Assembly: GCF_044704955.1 (NCBI RefSeq)
Contig: NC_091999.1
Span: forward strand, 10,416,001 to 10,480,000
Source of the DNA: Pristiophorus japonicus
Lineage: Eukaryota
Reading direction: 5' to 3'
Length of the DNA stretch: 64,000 bases
In this document: piece by piece, positions 50,501 to 63,917 of the stretch
How the letters are laid out: each line of letters starts with the position of its first letter
How positions within the stretch are numbered: position 1 is the stretch's first letter
Made by a program: the position numbers and the translations under genes
Notes under the pieces: generated by a model
Seen by the model: the letters and a program-made list of their open reading frames with translations, nothing else
What the model was told of the DNA's origin: nothing
Databases searched by the model: none

Positions 50501-53318
50501 ACCAACATTTACTTTAGTCACTCCTTTCCATTTTATATATCGGTAAAAGCTATTACTATCTGTTTTTAAGTTTTGCACAAGTTTACTTTCGTAATCTATT
50601 TTTTCTTTCTTTATTGCTTTCTTAGTCATTCTTTGTGTCGTTTGAAATTTCTCCAATCTTCTCGTTTCCCACTTACCTTGGCAACCTTACATGCATTGGT
50701 TTTTAATTTGAAACTCTGCTTTATTTCCACGGCTGGTTTTCCCTTCGCTTACTGCCCTTCTTTTCCCTGGAATGTAATTTTGTTGAGCACGATGAAAGAG
50801 CTCCTTAAAAGTCCTTCACTGTTCCTCAATTGTGCCACCGTTTAGTCTGTGAGCCCAGTCTACTTTAGCCAACTCTGCCCTCAACGCACTGTAGTCCCCT
50901 GTGTTTAAGCATATTACGCTCGTTTGAGACACTACTTCCTCACCCTCAATCTGTATTACAAATTCAACCATACTGTGAGCACTCATTCCGAGAGCATCTT
51001 TTACGAGGAGATAGTTTATTATTGCTGTCTGATTACACAGGACCGCGCTTCATTCATCGGTTGTGTCTTGGATATTAAAAATAAACAAAGGGAATCACCA
51101 AAATTTCAGCTGAAGTTGCCACTAACGCTGGGTATTTCTCATTCTGCACTAAAGTGTATTATAATAATAGGAAAAAAAACAAGAATATGTGTCATAATCA
51201 TTCAACAACATGCACCTTTCGTTCGAGAATTCCGTGCTTCCTCAAGCAGATCGCTGTTTACTTCACTTCCCCACAAGATAGAGCCCCGGCATGTGCCTGC
51301 GGTTTCACTGCAGCAAATCATTCGCAAGATCACAAGGTTGTGGAGGATGAGGAACGCCGTTCGTCCGATCATAATTTAATCTTCCAGAAATTCGACACCC
51401 TAAAATATGCTGTTTCTGTAAAAAGGTGCTTATGAATCTTGATATTCAATGTGATTTGCACACGAATCACAGAAAGGTAACATGCAGTTACAGCAAGCTT
51501 TGGAAGGCAAATAGTATATTAATCTTTATTGCAAGGCATTAGAGGAAAAGAGTTTGGAAATCTTGCTGCAAATAAATTGAGTCTTGGTGAGACCATACCG
51601 GGAGTACTGCGTTCAGCTTTGTTCTCCTTATCTGAGGAAGGAAGTACTTGCCATATAGTCAACGAAGATTCGCTAGATTTAATTCTTGTGATGAAAAGGC
51701 TCTTCTATGCGGAGAGGTTTCATGGAATTCGTTTATATTCTCTGCCGTTGAGAAGAATGAGAGGTGATCTCATTGAAACGTATGAGCCTTTTAGTGGTCT
51801 TTATTTGATAGATGCTGAGAGGTTGTTTCCCTTGCCTGGAGAATCCAGAACTAGGGTTCATAAGAACATAAGAACATAAGACATATGACCATGTGTAGGC
51901 CATTTGGCCCCTCAGACCTGCTCCATCATTCAATAAGACCATTGCTGACCTGATCATTTGCCCACTCCCCTTAACCCTTCACTCCCTTATTGCCCATAGA
52001 CACCTCAGTATCTTATATATCTCAAAAAGATCACGTCTCATTATTTTGAACTCCAATGAGTATAGGCCCAACCTGCTCAACCTTTCTTCATGGGTTAACA
52101 CCTTCGTCTCAGGAATCAATCTCGTGAACATTGTCTGAACTGCCTCCAATGCAAGAATATCCCTCCTTAAATAAGGAGACCAATACTGTACGCATTAATC
52201 TAGGTGTGGCCTCACCAGAAATCTGTACAGTTATAGGAGGAATTCTCTGCATTTATACTCGATCCCCTTGCAATAAAGGACAACATTCAATTTGATTTCC
52301 TGCTGTTTTGCAGTACCTGCATACTAACTTTTTATGCTTCATGCACCAAGACGCCCAGGTCACTCTGCACTGGAGCATTTTGCAATTTCCGCTATTTAAA
52401 TAAGAATTTGCTTTTTTATTATTTATATCAAAGTGGATAACCTCACACTTTCCCACATTATACTCCATAGTCTCAGAATCCTCGCTGATCCAGGAACAAT
52501 ATCCTTGCACGGATGGTGGGTGTTGCTGAGGCTGATGGGGAGGTTATGAATAAGCTTGACAGAGGGGTGGGAACCCGAGAGTAGATTCAAAAAGGAGAAA
52601 AACAACGCTGGAATTGGATAGCAGCAAATGTGAAAATGAAATTGTAGGCAGGGGAAACAAAGGCTGGGAAATAAATTGAGTTTGGCTCCGCTAAAGGGTA
52701 TATACTCAAAGGAAGTGTGTACGGAACAATACAGATGAAATGAGAGCATATATAGACAGTTGGCAGTATGATATTAGACCTATTACTGACAAATGGTTGA
52801 AAGAAGGCAGATATGTCAGCTCAACATTCCTGGTTACTGGTTTTCAGACTTGACAGAGAGGGAGATAAAAAGGAGGAAGGGTTGCAGCATTGATTTAAAA
52901 ATCAATTACAGCTGCGAGGAGGGAAGCTATGTAGAAGGATCATCCAATAAAACCATATGGGTTGAATTTAAGAACGGAAAAGGGGCAATTACACGGCTGG
53001 GAGTACACTGTAGCCCCTCAAACAGTCAGAGAGAATTCAATCCTGAAAAGCGTGAGGTAATCCATTTGGGGAGGTCTAACAAGGCAAGGTAATACACATT
53101 AAATGGTAGGAGACTGAAAAATATAGAGGAACATAGGGACTTTCGGATACATTTGCACGGATCCCTGAAGGTAGCAGCCCATGTATATAACATGGTTAAG
53201 AAGCATACAGAATAATTGCCTGATTCGAAGAGATACAGGTAATTGCCTTATAGCGTGAACTGTTTAAAACATTAGTTATGCCACAGCCAGAGTACAACGT
53301 ACAGTTCTGGTCACCACG
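47580..53318. mobile_element. Patchwork of degenerate CR1 fragments on both strands, interleaved with non-CR1 sequence (~49810-50088, 51040-51430)
   Basis: RT remnants, RTRG..NFCSQRVVNLWNSLP, aagaacat tails at ~48140, 50090 and 51860. Confidence 0.8.
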
Positions 53319-56294
53319 TGAAGCAAACAGCTTTTGACTAGAGATAATAAGGTGTACTGGCTTGTCCAGGTTTTGAACTGTCGGGCAGTGATGGGTGATT
53401 GCTCACTCTCAAATGCTTCAATAGCCATGGCGAGATCAGCGGGCTGCACCATTTCCACCCCCGTGGTGGGCAATGGCAGCCGACTGAGAGCATTGTCGCA
53501 GTTTTCTGTGCCTGGCCTGTGGTGGATTGCATTGTTGTATGCGGACAATGTGAGCTCCCATCGTTGGTATTTATCCATTTCTCTCGGAAAACAGGGATAT
53601 AAGTGGCTTATGGTCATCTTCCAAGTCGAATTTTAGCCCAAACATGTATTGATGCATTTTCTTTACCCCATAGACACACGCTAACGCTTCTTTTTCAATC
53701 ATGCTGTCGGCTCTCTCAGACTTCGACAGACTCCTGGATGCATGAGCACCCGGTTGCAGTTTCCCAAAATCATTAGCTTGTTGCAATTCACAACCGACGC
53801 CATATGACGACGCATCACATGATAGTACCACATGCTTACATGGATCATACAACCCAAGCAATTTGTTTGAGCATACCAGTTTTCTCGCTTTTACAAAGGC
53901 ATTTTCTTGGCTTTTGCCCCAAACCCATTCGCCCCCTTTTCGGAATAAGACATGTAGTGATTCTAGCTGTATGCTGAGACCTGGTCAGAAGTTACCAAAT
54001 TAGTTCAAGAGTCCCAGAAATGACAGCAGCTCTGTCACATTCTGTGGGCTCGGTGTATTCGCAATTGCCTGTCTTCGAGTTGGTGTGCCTTATGCCGTCG
54101 GCCACAATCCTCCTTCCCATGAACTCCAATTCAGGCGCCAGAAAAACGCACCGAACATTTTAACCTGAGCCCCACGCGGTTGAGTCGAATAAGAATCTCC
54201 TCCAGGTTCTGCAGATATTCGACTGTGTTCTGACCTGTGACCAAGATATCGTTCTGGAAGACCACGGTATGCGGAACCGACTTGAGTAAACTTTCCATGT
54301 TTCTCTGGAATATTGCCACCGCTGATCGGATTCCAAACGGACACCTCTTAACAAAAATAGCTTTGTACGTGTTGATGCAGGTGAGGGCCTTCGATGATTC
54401 CTCCAGTTCCTGCGTCATGTAGGCTGAAGTCAGATCCAGCTTTGTAAATGTCTTTCCTCCCGCCAGCGTTGCAAAGAGGTCCTCGGATTTTGCTAGTGGG
54501 TATTGGTCCTCCAGGGAGAATCGATTACTCGTTACTTTATAATCAACACAGATTCTGACGGTGCCGTCTCCCTTGAGGACTGGGACAACAGGACTGGCTG
54601 AACTCGATCAGTGAAATCATGCCGTCTCGTTGCAGCCAGTCTAGCTCGATCTCTCCCCTTTCTCTCATCATGTATAGTACTACTCTCGCCTTGTGATGGA
54701 TGGGTCACGCCCCCGGAATTAGGTGGATCTGCACGTTTGCTCCATGGAATGTCCCGATGCCTCGTTTGTACAGCGAAGGAAATTTGTTTAAGACCTGGGC
54801 ACATGAAGTGTCATTAGCGGGCAATAGCGCCCGGACATCGTCCCAGTTCCAGCGTTTCTTTCCCAGCGAACCTTTCGAGAAGCGTGGGATCTTCACCCAG
54901 TACCACCCAGAGTGGTAGCGTGTGCACCGTTCCATCATTGGAGACCTTTATGGAAGCATTGCCGATTACAAGAATCAGTTCTTTTGTGTAAGCTCTTAGT
55001 TTCAGGCGAATTGGTGTTGAGAATGGCATTGGGGCCTTGCTGCTCCACAACCTTTCGAAAGTCTCTTTGCCCATGATGGACGGGCTTGCACCCGTGTCCA
55101 GCACCATTGACACCGGGAGTCTATTTTGTTCAACATTCAGCATTATTGGAGGACAATTCGTGGTGAATGTATGTATCCCATGTACCTCTGCCTCCTCTAT
55201 CTATGGCTTTGTTTCGTCGTGATCCTCCTCTGCAACATGGTGGTTTGCAGGTTTAACAGGGTTAGTAGCTCGCCTACACACTCGTTGGAGGTGTCCCATT
55301 GTTCCTCAGCCTTTGCAAACGTATCGGTATGAAGTGAAGCGATGATAACCCTCGCAGCGCCAACAAGGTGTTAATGACTTTGCATTCATCAGCCTTGATG
55401 GTGGACTCTGAGACATCTGCGGACGTGTACTGCAGGTATGTATGACCTGCCCTCACCGTTATGATTCGAAAACAACATCACTTTGTTCACATTACTTGTA
55501 GCAGCATTTTTTGTGCTGAGAGATATGCTTCGAATTGTCACTGGTGGCAATGAAGCCTGCGCTATCGCTATAGCCTTAGTCAAGGTTGGGATCTTTATAG
55601 TCAAAAGTTTGTGAAGTATGGTTTCATGGCCAATGCCAAGTACGAAAAAGTATCTGAGCATGTGCTCCAAATGACGGCCAAATTCGCAATATTCTGCAAG
55701 ATATCTTCGCTCGGCGACATAACTCGCCACTTCCTGGCCTTCAGAGCTTTTGTAGGTGTAGAACCGGTACCTCGCTATCAGAACGCTTTCCTTCGGCTTC
55801 AATTGCTCTCAGACCAGTGTGTACAAATCGTCGTACGATTTCTCCGTGGGTTTCGCTGGAGAGAGCAAATTCTTCATGAGGCCTTACGTTGGTGCCCCAC
55901 AGACGGTGAGGAGGATCGCCCTTCATTTGGAAGTGCTCTCTTCCCCATCTGGCTCGTTGGCCACAAAGCATTGGTCGAGTCACTCAACAAATGTTTCCCA
56001 ATCATCTCCCTCCGAAAATTTCTCCAGGATGCCAACTGTTCTCTGCATCTTTGGGATCGCTTTCTGTCTCTCTTCGTCGGTTTGTTGTGTATGAAAAAAG
56101 AGTCAGACTGAATACTGTGAGCTCAAAGTAAAGGGTGACCGTAGTCTTTTATTGCAGGTTTCCAGCATGCCTCTCCAAACTGTGAAGCCTTCTTAAATAC
56201 CTGCTCTCCCACGGAATTATGGGATCCCTTGGGACACCAGGGAATGAGCCCTCTTGTGGCTGTACAGAGCAAATAGAAGTCCACATATAGAACA
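53318..56294 (-). mobile_element. Ty3/Gypsy LTR retrotransposon, degenerate, truncated before integrase; 5' LTR 56083-56294
   Basis: LTR TG..CA with AATAAA; gag remnants; protease VLDTGAS; RT PFGIRSAVAIFQR..FQNDILV; RNase H CDASSYGVG..EKEALACVYGV; ADALSRLP-like motif. Confidence 0.92.
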
Positions 56295-56539
56295 GAGAGG
56301 ATATAAAGGGAGTTTAAAACAAGGATGAGAATTTTGAAACAGAATCGTTGCTTAACCGGGAGCCAATGTCGGTCAGCGAGCACAGAACAAGGGAACAGAC
56401 GTAAAGAATACACTCTGCCTGTAATTGACTGTTTTGCACACTCCACCCTACTGTTTGCAATAAAATGTTGTTTAAGTTCCATCTGATAAATTGTGACCTA
56501 CCATCTACCTGCAATTGATTATTTTAAGCAAAATTTTAA

Positions 56540-59412
56540 AGGTGCAAAGTTTGTTAAAAAGACAAGCCTGAAGGCTCTGTGCCTCAATGCGAGGAGTATT
56601 CGTGATAATGTGGATGTATTAACTGCGCAGGGCAACCAATGCTCCATGATGACCAAGGCTGCGAAGTCAACATCCAGGGGTGTTGAACAATACACAGAAA
56701 GGAAAAGGATGTGGGGTAGCGTTGCTCGTTAAAGAGGAAATTAACACAATAATAAGGAGGGGCATTAGCTTGAATGATGTTGAATCTGTATGGGTAGAGC
56801 TGCGGAATATCAAAGGGCAGAAAACACTAATGGGAGTTGTGTACAGACTACCAAACAGTAGTAGTAAGGTTGCGGACAGCATCAAACAAGAAATTAGGGA
56901 TGCATGCAATAAGGGTACAGCAATTATCACAGGCGACTTTAATCTACATATACATTGGGCAAACCGAACTGGCAGCAATACGGTGGAGGAGGATTTCCTG
57001 GGGTGTATTAGGGATGGTTTTCTCGAGCAATATGACGAGGAACCAATTAGAGGGCTGGCCATCCTAGACTGGGTCATGTGTAATAAGAAAGAACAAATAA
57101 ACAATCTTGTTGTGCGAGGCCCCTTGGCAAAGAGTGATCATAATATGGTAGAATTCTTTGTTAAGATGGGGTGTGACACAGTTAATTCAGAGACTAGGGT
57201 TCTGAATTAGTGAAAGCTAACTTCGATGCTATGAGACGTGAATTTGCTGGACTAGATTGATGATCGATACTTAAAGGTTTGACGGTGGATAGGCAATGGC
57301 AAACATTTAAAGATCACATGGATGAACTTCAACAGTTGTACATCCCGGACTTGAGTAAAAATAAAACGGGGAAGGTGGCTCAACTTGTGGCTAGCAAGGG
57401 AAATTATGGATAGTGTTAAATCAAAGGAAGAGGCATAGAAATTGGGCAGAAAAAGCAGCAAACCTGAGGATTTGGAGAAATTTAGAATTCAGCAGAGGAG
57501 GACAAAGGGTTTAAATAGGTGGGGAATATAGACTTTGAGAGGAAGCTTACTGGGAATATAAAATTGAATGCAAAAGCTTGTATAGATACGTGAAGAGAAT
57601 AAGATTAGTGAAGACAAACATAGGTCCCTTGCAGTCAGAAACGGCTGAATTTATAATGGGGAACAAAGGAATGGCAGACCAATTGAACAAATACTTTGGT
57701 TCCGTCTTCACGAAGGAAGACACAAATAACCTTCCATAACTACTAGGGGACTGAGGGTCTAGTGAGAAGTAGGAACTGAAGGAAATCCTGATTAGTGAGG
57801 AAATTGTATTAGGGTAATTGATGGAATTGAAGACCGCTAAATCCCCTGGGCCTGATAGTCTGCATCCCAGAGTACTTAAGGAAGTGGTCGTAGAAATGGT
57901 GGATGCATTGGTAATAATTTTCCAGCAGTCCATCGACTCTGGATCAGTTCTGATGGACTGGAGGGTAGCCAATGTAAGACCACTTTTTAAGAAGGGAGGG
58001 AGAGAGAAATGGGAGAATTATAAATCGTTTAGCCTGACATCAGTAGTGGGGAAAATGTTGGAATCAATTATTAAAGATGAAATAGCAGCGCATTTGGATA
58101 GCAGTGACAGGATCGGTCCAAGTCAGTATGGATTTATGAAAGGGAAATCATGCTTGACAAAACTTCTACAATTTTTGAGTATGTAACTAGTAGAGTGGAC
58201 AGGGGAGAACCAGTGGATGTGCTGCATTTGGAATTTCAACAGGCTTTTGACAAGATCGCACACGACAGATTGTTGTTCAAAATTGAAGCACATGGTATTG
58301 GGGGCAATGTATTGATGTGGATACAGAACTTGTTGGCAGACAGAAAGGAGAGAGTGAGGATAAACGGATCATTTTCAGAATGGCAGGCAGTGAGTAGTCG
58401 GATGCCACAGGACTCAGTGCTGGGACCCCAGCTATTTATAACATACATCAATGATTTAGATGAAGGAATTGAGTGTTATATCTCCAAGTTTGCAGATGAC
58501 ACTAAGCTGGGTGGCGGTGTGAGCTATAAGGAGGATGCTAAGAGGCTGCAGGTTGACTTGGACAGGTTAGGTGAGAGGGCAAATGCATGGTAGATGAAGT
58601 ATAATGTGGAAAAATGTGAGGTTATCCACTTTGGTGGCAAAAACACGAAGTTAGAATATTTTCTGAATGGCCGCAGATTAGGAAAAGGGTAGGTGCAACG
58701 AGACCTGGGTATCATGGTACATCAGTCATTGAAAGTTGGCATGCAGGTACAGCAGGCGGTGAAGAAGGCAAATGGCGTGTTAGCCATCTTAGCTACGCGA
58801 TTTGAGTGTAGGAGCAGGGAGGTCTTACGGAATTTCTACAGGGCCTTGGTGAGGCCTCAACTGGAATATTGTGTTCAGTTTTGGTCTCCTAATCTGAAGA
58901 AGGACGTTCTTGCTATTGTGGCAGCGCAGCGAAGGTTCATCGTACTGATTCCCGGGATGGCAGGACTGACATATGAGGAGACACTGGAACGACTGTGCCT
59001 GCATTCACTGAAGTTTAGAAGGATGAGAGGGGATCTCATAGAAACAATTAAAATTCTGACGGGACTGGACAGGTCAGAAGCAGGAAGAATGTTCGCGATG
59101 GTGGGGATTTCCAGAACCAGGGGACACACTCGCAGAATAAGGGGTAAGCTGTTTAAGACTGAGATGTGGAGAAACTGCTTCACTCAGAGAGTTGCAAACA
59201 TGCGGAATTCTCCAGCGCAGAGATTTGAAGAATGCCGGTTCATTGGATATATTCAAGAGGGCGTTAGATATGGCCTTATGACTAAAGACATCAAGTGGTA
59301 TGGAGAGAAAGCAGGAAAGGGTTATTGAGGTTATGAACAGCCTTGATCATATTGACTGATGGTGCAGGCTTCAAGGGTCCTGCACCTATTTTCTATGTTT
59401 ATATGTTTCTAT
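56540..59412 (+). mobile_element. CR1 LINE, nearly complete degenerate ORF2 with 3' tail
   Basis: CLNARSIR, GDFN, KSPGPD, FADD, RTRGH motifs; ttctatgtttatatgtttctat tail. Confidence 0.92.
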
Positions 59413-59440
59413 ATTTAACAATCGCTATGTAAAGCACCCA

Positions 59441-59944
59441 GGAGCAGAGCATGGGTAGCGGTTCAGAGCCCCGGAGTGAGGTTGAGGCGATGGCGGGGGT
59501 TCAGAGCCCAGGGTCATGTGTAGCGCGTTTTCAGAACCCACAGGGTGACGGGAAGGGTCAGTTCGTACCCAAGGGTGAAGTGTAAGGCACGTTCAATCCC
59601 CAGGGTTAGGTGTAGGGCGGGTTCAGAACCCACAGGGTGAGGTGTAGGGCTGGTTGGAACCCCAGGGTGAGGTGTAGGGCGGATTCAGAGCCCACAGTGT
59701 GAGGTAGAGGACGGATTCAGATCCCGAAGTGTAAGGTGTCGGGCGGATTCAGAGCCCACAGTGTGAGGTAGAGGACGGATTCAGAGCCCGAAGTGTGAGG
59801 TGTAGTGTGGTTCCGAGCCCCGAGGGTGAGGCATAGGGCGGTTCAAACCAGAGGGTGTGCTGTAGGGCGGGATCAGACCCCAGTGTGAGCTGTAGGGCGG
59901 GTTCAAACCCCAGGGTGATGAGTAGGGCGGATTCGAACCCCAGT
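59441..59944 (+). repeat. G-rich minisatellite, ~30-32 bp unit, ~16 diverged copies
   Basis: Consensus cagggtgaggtgtagggcgg(g/a)ttcagagccc. Confidence 0.85.
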
Positions 59945-60138
59945 ATTGTGCATCCGTTTTCACATCTCCCCTGTTAATTTCGTGGACCCAGTGATCGTTG
60001 CCTGTACACAGAGTTTATTGGTTCAGAGTATGTTGCTGGTTCGGAGTCTGTTTATACACATTCAACAGATTTCACAAGGTCGCGGCTGTGCTGTTTAAAA
60101 CAAGCCCCAAGCAAAGAGTTTCCTCAATCTCCACATTC

Positions 60139-60962
60139 AGGCCGCTTATCTTGAGTTAACCATACGTTAGAGAGATGTTAGCAGCCGGCAGAGATTTCGA
60201 CACACTTCAGTGCTGCTGCGTTAATAATTATCCAGCTTGGAGGCTGTGTTCGGTTTCTACCGATAGATTCAATGTACTAAATATGCGGAATTGTACATTC
60301 GCAATCTAACTGCACCAAACCCACTGCTGACAATTGTTCACAGAGGCTAATTTATGGATCTGTTCAAAATCCGCCTGTCAAAGCCCAGAACCAAGAGTCA
60401 CAGTCTATTGATAAGGGTTAAGCCATTTAGGACCGAGATGACGGGAAACGTCTTCACTCAGAGAATTGTGAGCATGTGGAATTGTCTAGCACAGAAAGTT
60501 GTTGAAGCCAGTTCGTTTCTATTTTCTATGTTTTTATGTTTCTATGTTAGATATATTGAAAAGGGACTTAGACGTGGCACTTATGGCTAAAGGGATCAAG
60601 GGGTATGCAGAGAAAGCTGGAATGGGGAAGTGAAGTGTATGATCAGCCACAATCATATTGAATGATGGTGCAGGCTCGAAGGGCCGAGTGGCCTAATCCT
60701 GCACGTATTCTCTATATTTCTATGTTTCTATGTGAAGATTGGGGAGTAAAAAACAGGAAGTTAACCAGCAGCGACCTAAACTTGCGCCGATCTGTATCAG
60801 TGTATTTATTCTCCCATCTACCCAGCTGACAATCATATTAATGTGTGATTACTAATTGCACCGAGACCATGCACAAGCTGTTTGCATCAATCAGTTAACC
60901 TGTGTTGTTTAATACAATGCAATATTTACGGTCCAACAGAGTTGCAGGATTATTAGCAATAT
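60139..60962 (-). pseudogene. TCR V pseudogene, family Q, copy C (inverted, CR1 fragment ~60383-60732 in the intron, 3' end lost)
   Basis: Reverse complement aligns to 17139-17612; ATG->ATA; the homology continues to ~61610 (matches ~16240-17140). Confidence 0.8.
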
Positions 60963-61639
60963 GTCGCAGTGAATTTGAATTGAATGAGACAGAGATTGAA
61001 AAGATGGAAGTAAATCGAGGCCGATTCCATTGCTCCACCCATTCACTGCAGGGGGAAGCCCCATTGTGATATCACTCAGGCTTCGATCGCTGTTGCTCCT
61101 GGTGTTTGCATCACGTAACTTTCCAAAGCCCACCTTTGATATTGGCGACGTCTGTTGGCGTAATTTGTTCAGGATAAAATCATTGAGGGGATTTCTGGGT
61201 TGTTGATTATATATAAAAATATATGTGCTGGATATTGTGTTTCAACACCACAGATTAGAGCTGCTTAAACGTGCTTATTGTTTCTGAAGCTGTGCGATCC
61301 CTTCTTTTCCCTCTAACTCTGTTTATTCCCTGTCAGTTGCTCAGTAAGCAGAAGCAGTTAGACCACCGACCTCCCGACGCAACCATCGCCCTGCAGCTGT
61401 GTTGCGTGGTTTGTGCAGTTAAACAAAGCCTTGAATTCGCTCAATTTTGTGCCTGCGGCAGCAGCGTGCAAACCAGCCATTTGCTGCTCTCCTTCTGACC
61501 CTCCTTTGTAGGCTTGTGCTATTGCAGAGATTGCTTCTGCTGTTCCCTGTTTGGCATTGTTTGGATCAGGTGTGCAGTCCGGCCCTATCTATATTTATGC
61601 ACCGACAGACGATTTCCAGGATGAGTGAAAGACAGGGAA

Positions 61640-62015
61640 ATCTACACCTGAGTACACAGGGAGAGAAATTAAGGGGGAGACGGAGAGAGAAACATGGAGA
61701 GAAAGTGAGAAAAATGAGAGAGAGATGGGAAGGGAAATAGATGAAATAACAGCAAGACAACAGTGGGACAGATGATAAGGAGTGAGTGAAGCAGTGGGAA
61801 AGAAGGGAGAGGGAAACAGATGCAGCAACACGGATTGTGAAACGGAATGGAACTAATAAAGGGACAATAATAGATTCAGAAAGAAAAAAAGAATCTGAAA
61901 CAACTATAGAGACAGCGAGTGAAAGAGATGTAGATACAGCGAGCGAAACAGATGTAGAGACTGTGCGAAACAGAGAGTGACAGTGAGACAAGCAGAGAGA
62001 GAGAAAGTGATAGAA
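61640..62015 (+). repeat. Purine-rich (GA) low-complexity tract; a second (GACA)n/(GA)n tract at 62890-63020
   Basis: Visible gagaga/gacagaca runs. Confidence 0.75.
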
Positions 62016-63224
62016 GCAATGTCTATGTATTCCAGGGTAAACAACACATTACATAAATGTGCACGGTAAAACGTAACAGAGAAATGTGTTAATCCGAGAA
62101 ATGGCTTAAATTATACAGTGGCATTAGGGCAAGTATGTCCAGGTTCAAACGAGTAAAAGGTAACTTTACGACTAAGATGAAAAGATTGGGGGTCACGCAG
62201 AGAGAGATCGTCACTTGAAATGGACAACGGGACAAAGTCCAACATCAACGAATTACTTTGAAACAAATAAAGGATATTAGGGGGAGTGGGTTCAGGAAGG
62301 ATAAATTATGAGGCGTCGAATGGTGTTCCTCATCCGCAAGTATCATGTGATCGTGTGATTCATCAGCAGCAGTTAACAGGCAAACATGTTGAGGGCGCTC
62401 CTTCTGGTGGCGATGTGAAGTTTATATTTAGCTCTGCATGAGAATACTCTGAATTCTCAATTTGCTGATGGATGTTGTTGCGTGATGACGTCATATTCTT
62501 GTTTTATTATTATACAATATAATGCAGATATGTATATACACGGTGTGAAATACAACTTCATTGTAAATCTTGGTGATGTCCATTGTTTATTTGCAGTGCC
62601 CAAGACATGAGTCATGAATGAAGCTCACTCAAAACAATATGAAAACACACCAATTCCAACTCTGAGTTACCACACCACATATAGTGGATGTACATTTGTC
62701 TCATGTTGCACACCTGTTTAATATATTGTGGGATCTCTAAAGTATCTGCGGCCATTTCAAACATGTTCATGAGGTTCGGTTATCATCTATTATCATTTGT
62801 AACTGCATCTATTAATTGAGCATTTTGTTGTGTTGAAAAGAGAGATTGAGACAAATAGGTTTTCTACACGCGGCACCTTTATGGAATACGAGAGGGAGAG
62901 AGAAGGAGACAGAGCTAACGACAGAGAGAGACAGACAGACAGACAGATAGATACCGAGACAAAGAGAGAGACAGAGACGCAGTGAAAGCCAGAGAGACAG
63001 AAAGGGAACAGGCAGAGAAAGTAATTGGTCTCCAACTAGCACTGATTGGTGCACAACTGTCGTCATTTCAGAGAGACCAGCCAATCCTGTCAATGCTAAA
63101 CAACGCTCATTTTCCCAATAAGTGAAGCATGCGCTGATCTGAGTTTACTCTTTAATATCACACTAGAAGTGTCAAGATATTTAAAACAAACCGCTCTTTG
63201 CTGTCAAACTCTAAAATACGCATC

Positions 63225-63699
63225 ATGTGCTCTCCCTGTTCCTTACTAATAATAATGACCGTGCTGCCGGCGAGTCTACCTTTAAACGGCCAGTGCGTGT
63301 TCCATGGGTTATATTCAATCTGGGACTTTTAGCACATTCTGCATTTTGTTACAGGAACGAGTGCAAAAATTCAGTGTTCCAGGATCCACCTCATCCAATG
63401 GTACAGGAAGGGCAGACCATAATAATGAACTGTAGTTACTCGATAACATACAAAGCCCCAACTCTCTTCTGGTGTAACCAGTATCCCAGGGAAGCTCTGA
63501 GATATCGACTGAGGAGATATAGCTCGGGGACGGTAGATCACTCTCCAGATTTAACAGACAGGCACTTTGCTGTTTTGTTCAGTGACAACAAAATGATTCT
63601 CTTAAGTATCGCCGGAGCTCTTAATCCAACACCGCTGTGCATTTCTGTGCCATGGAGCCCACACTGCTGAGGAGATTTAGTGTATCCGGAACAAAACTC
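63225..63699 (+). pseudogene. TCR V pseudogene, family P, third copy
   Basis: Leader with a 1-nt deletion and GC donor; SVFQDPPHPMVQEGQTIIMNCSYS..LFWCNQYP; FR3 frameshift; RSS CACACTG (63660-63666) - 24 - ACAAAACTC; CTCF-like TCACCAGAGGGCACT at 63723-63737. Confidence 0.88.
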
Positions 63700-63917
63700 A
63701 CAATGCCAGTTCCAGATAGAGTTCACCAGAGGGCACTCTCACACCGATAAACAATAATTCAACCTCCTGACTGACAGCAAAAAATACAACACTCAACAGG
63801 TACAGGTTAGGTCCACTGGTGGAATTTTATTAGTTTGTGATTTAACCTCGCATTTATAATAAAATTAACTTTTGCAATCTTGGCTGTGGAGACTTTACTC
63901 CCCTGTTATAGTTAAAA

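Noticed and set aside
12711-58715. Numerous 60-170 aa ORFs antisense to CR1/Gypsy elements
   Set aside because: Shadow frames of transposon coding sequence with no independent gene evidence.
61566-63093. Ser/Leu-rich ORFs resembling membrane proteins
   Set aside because: Translations of GA/CT low-complexity tracts.
63225-63659. Functional V using a GC-AG intron
   Set aside because: The leader phase does not match the V exon frame, and FR3 has a further frameshift.
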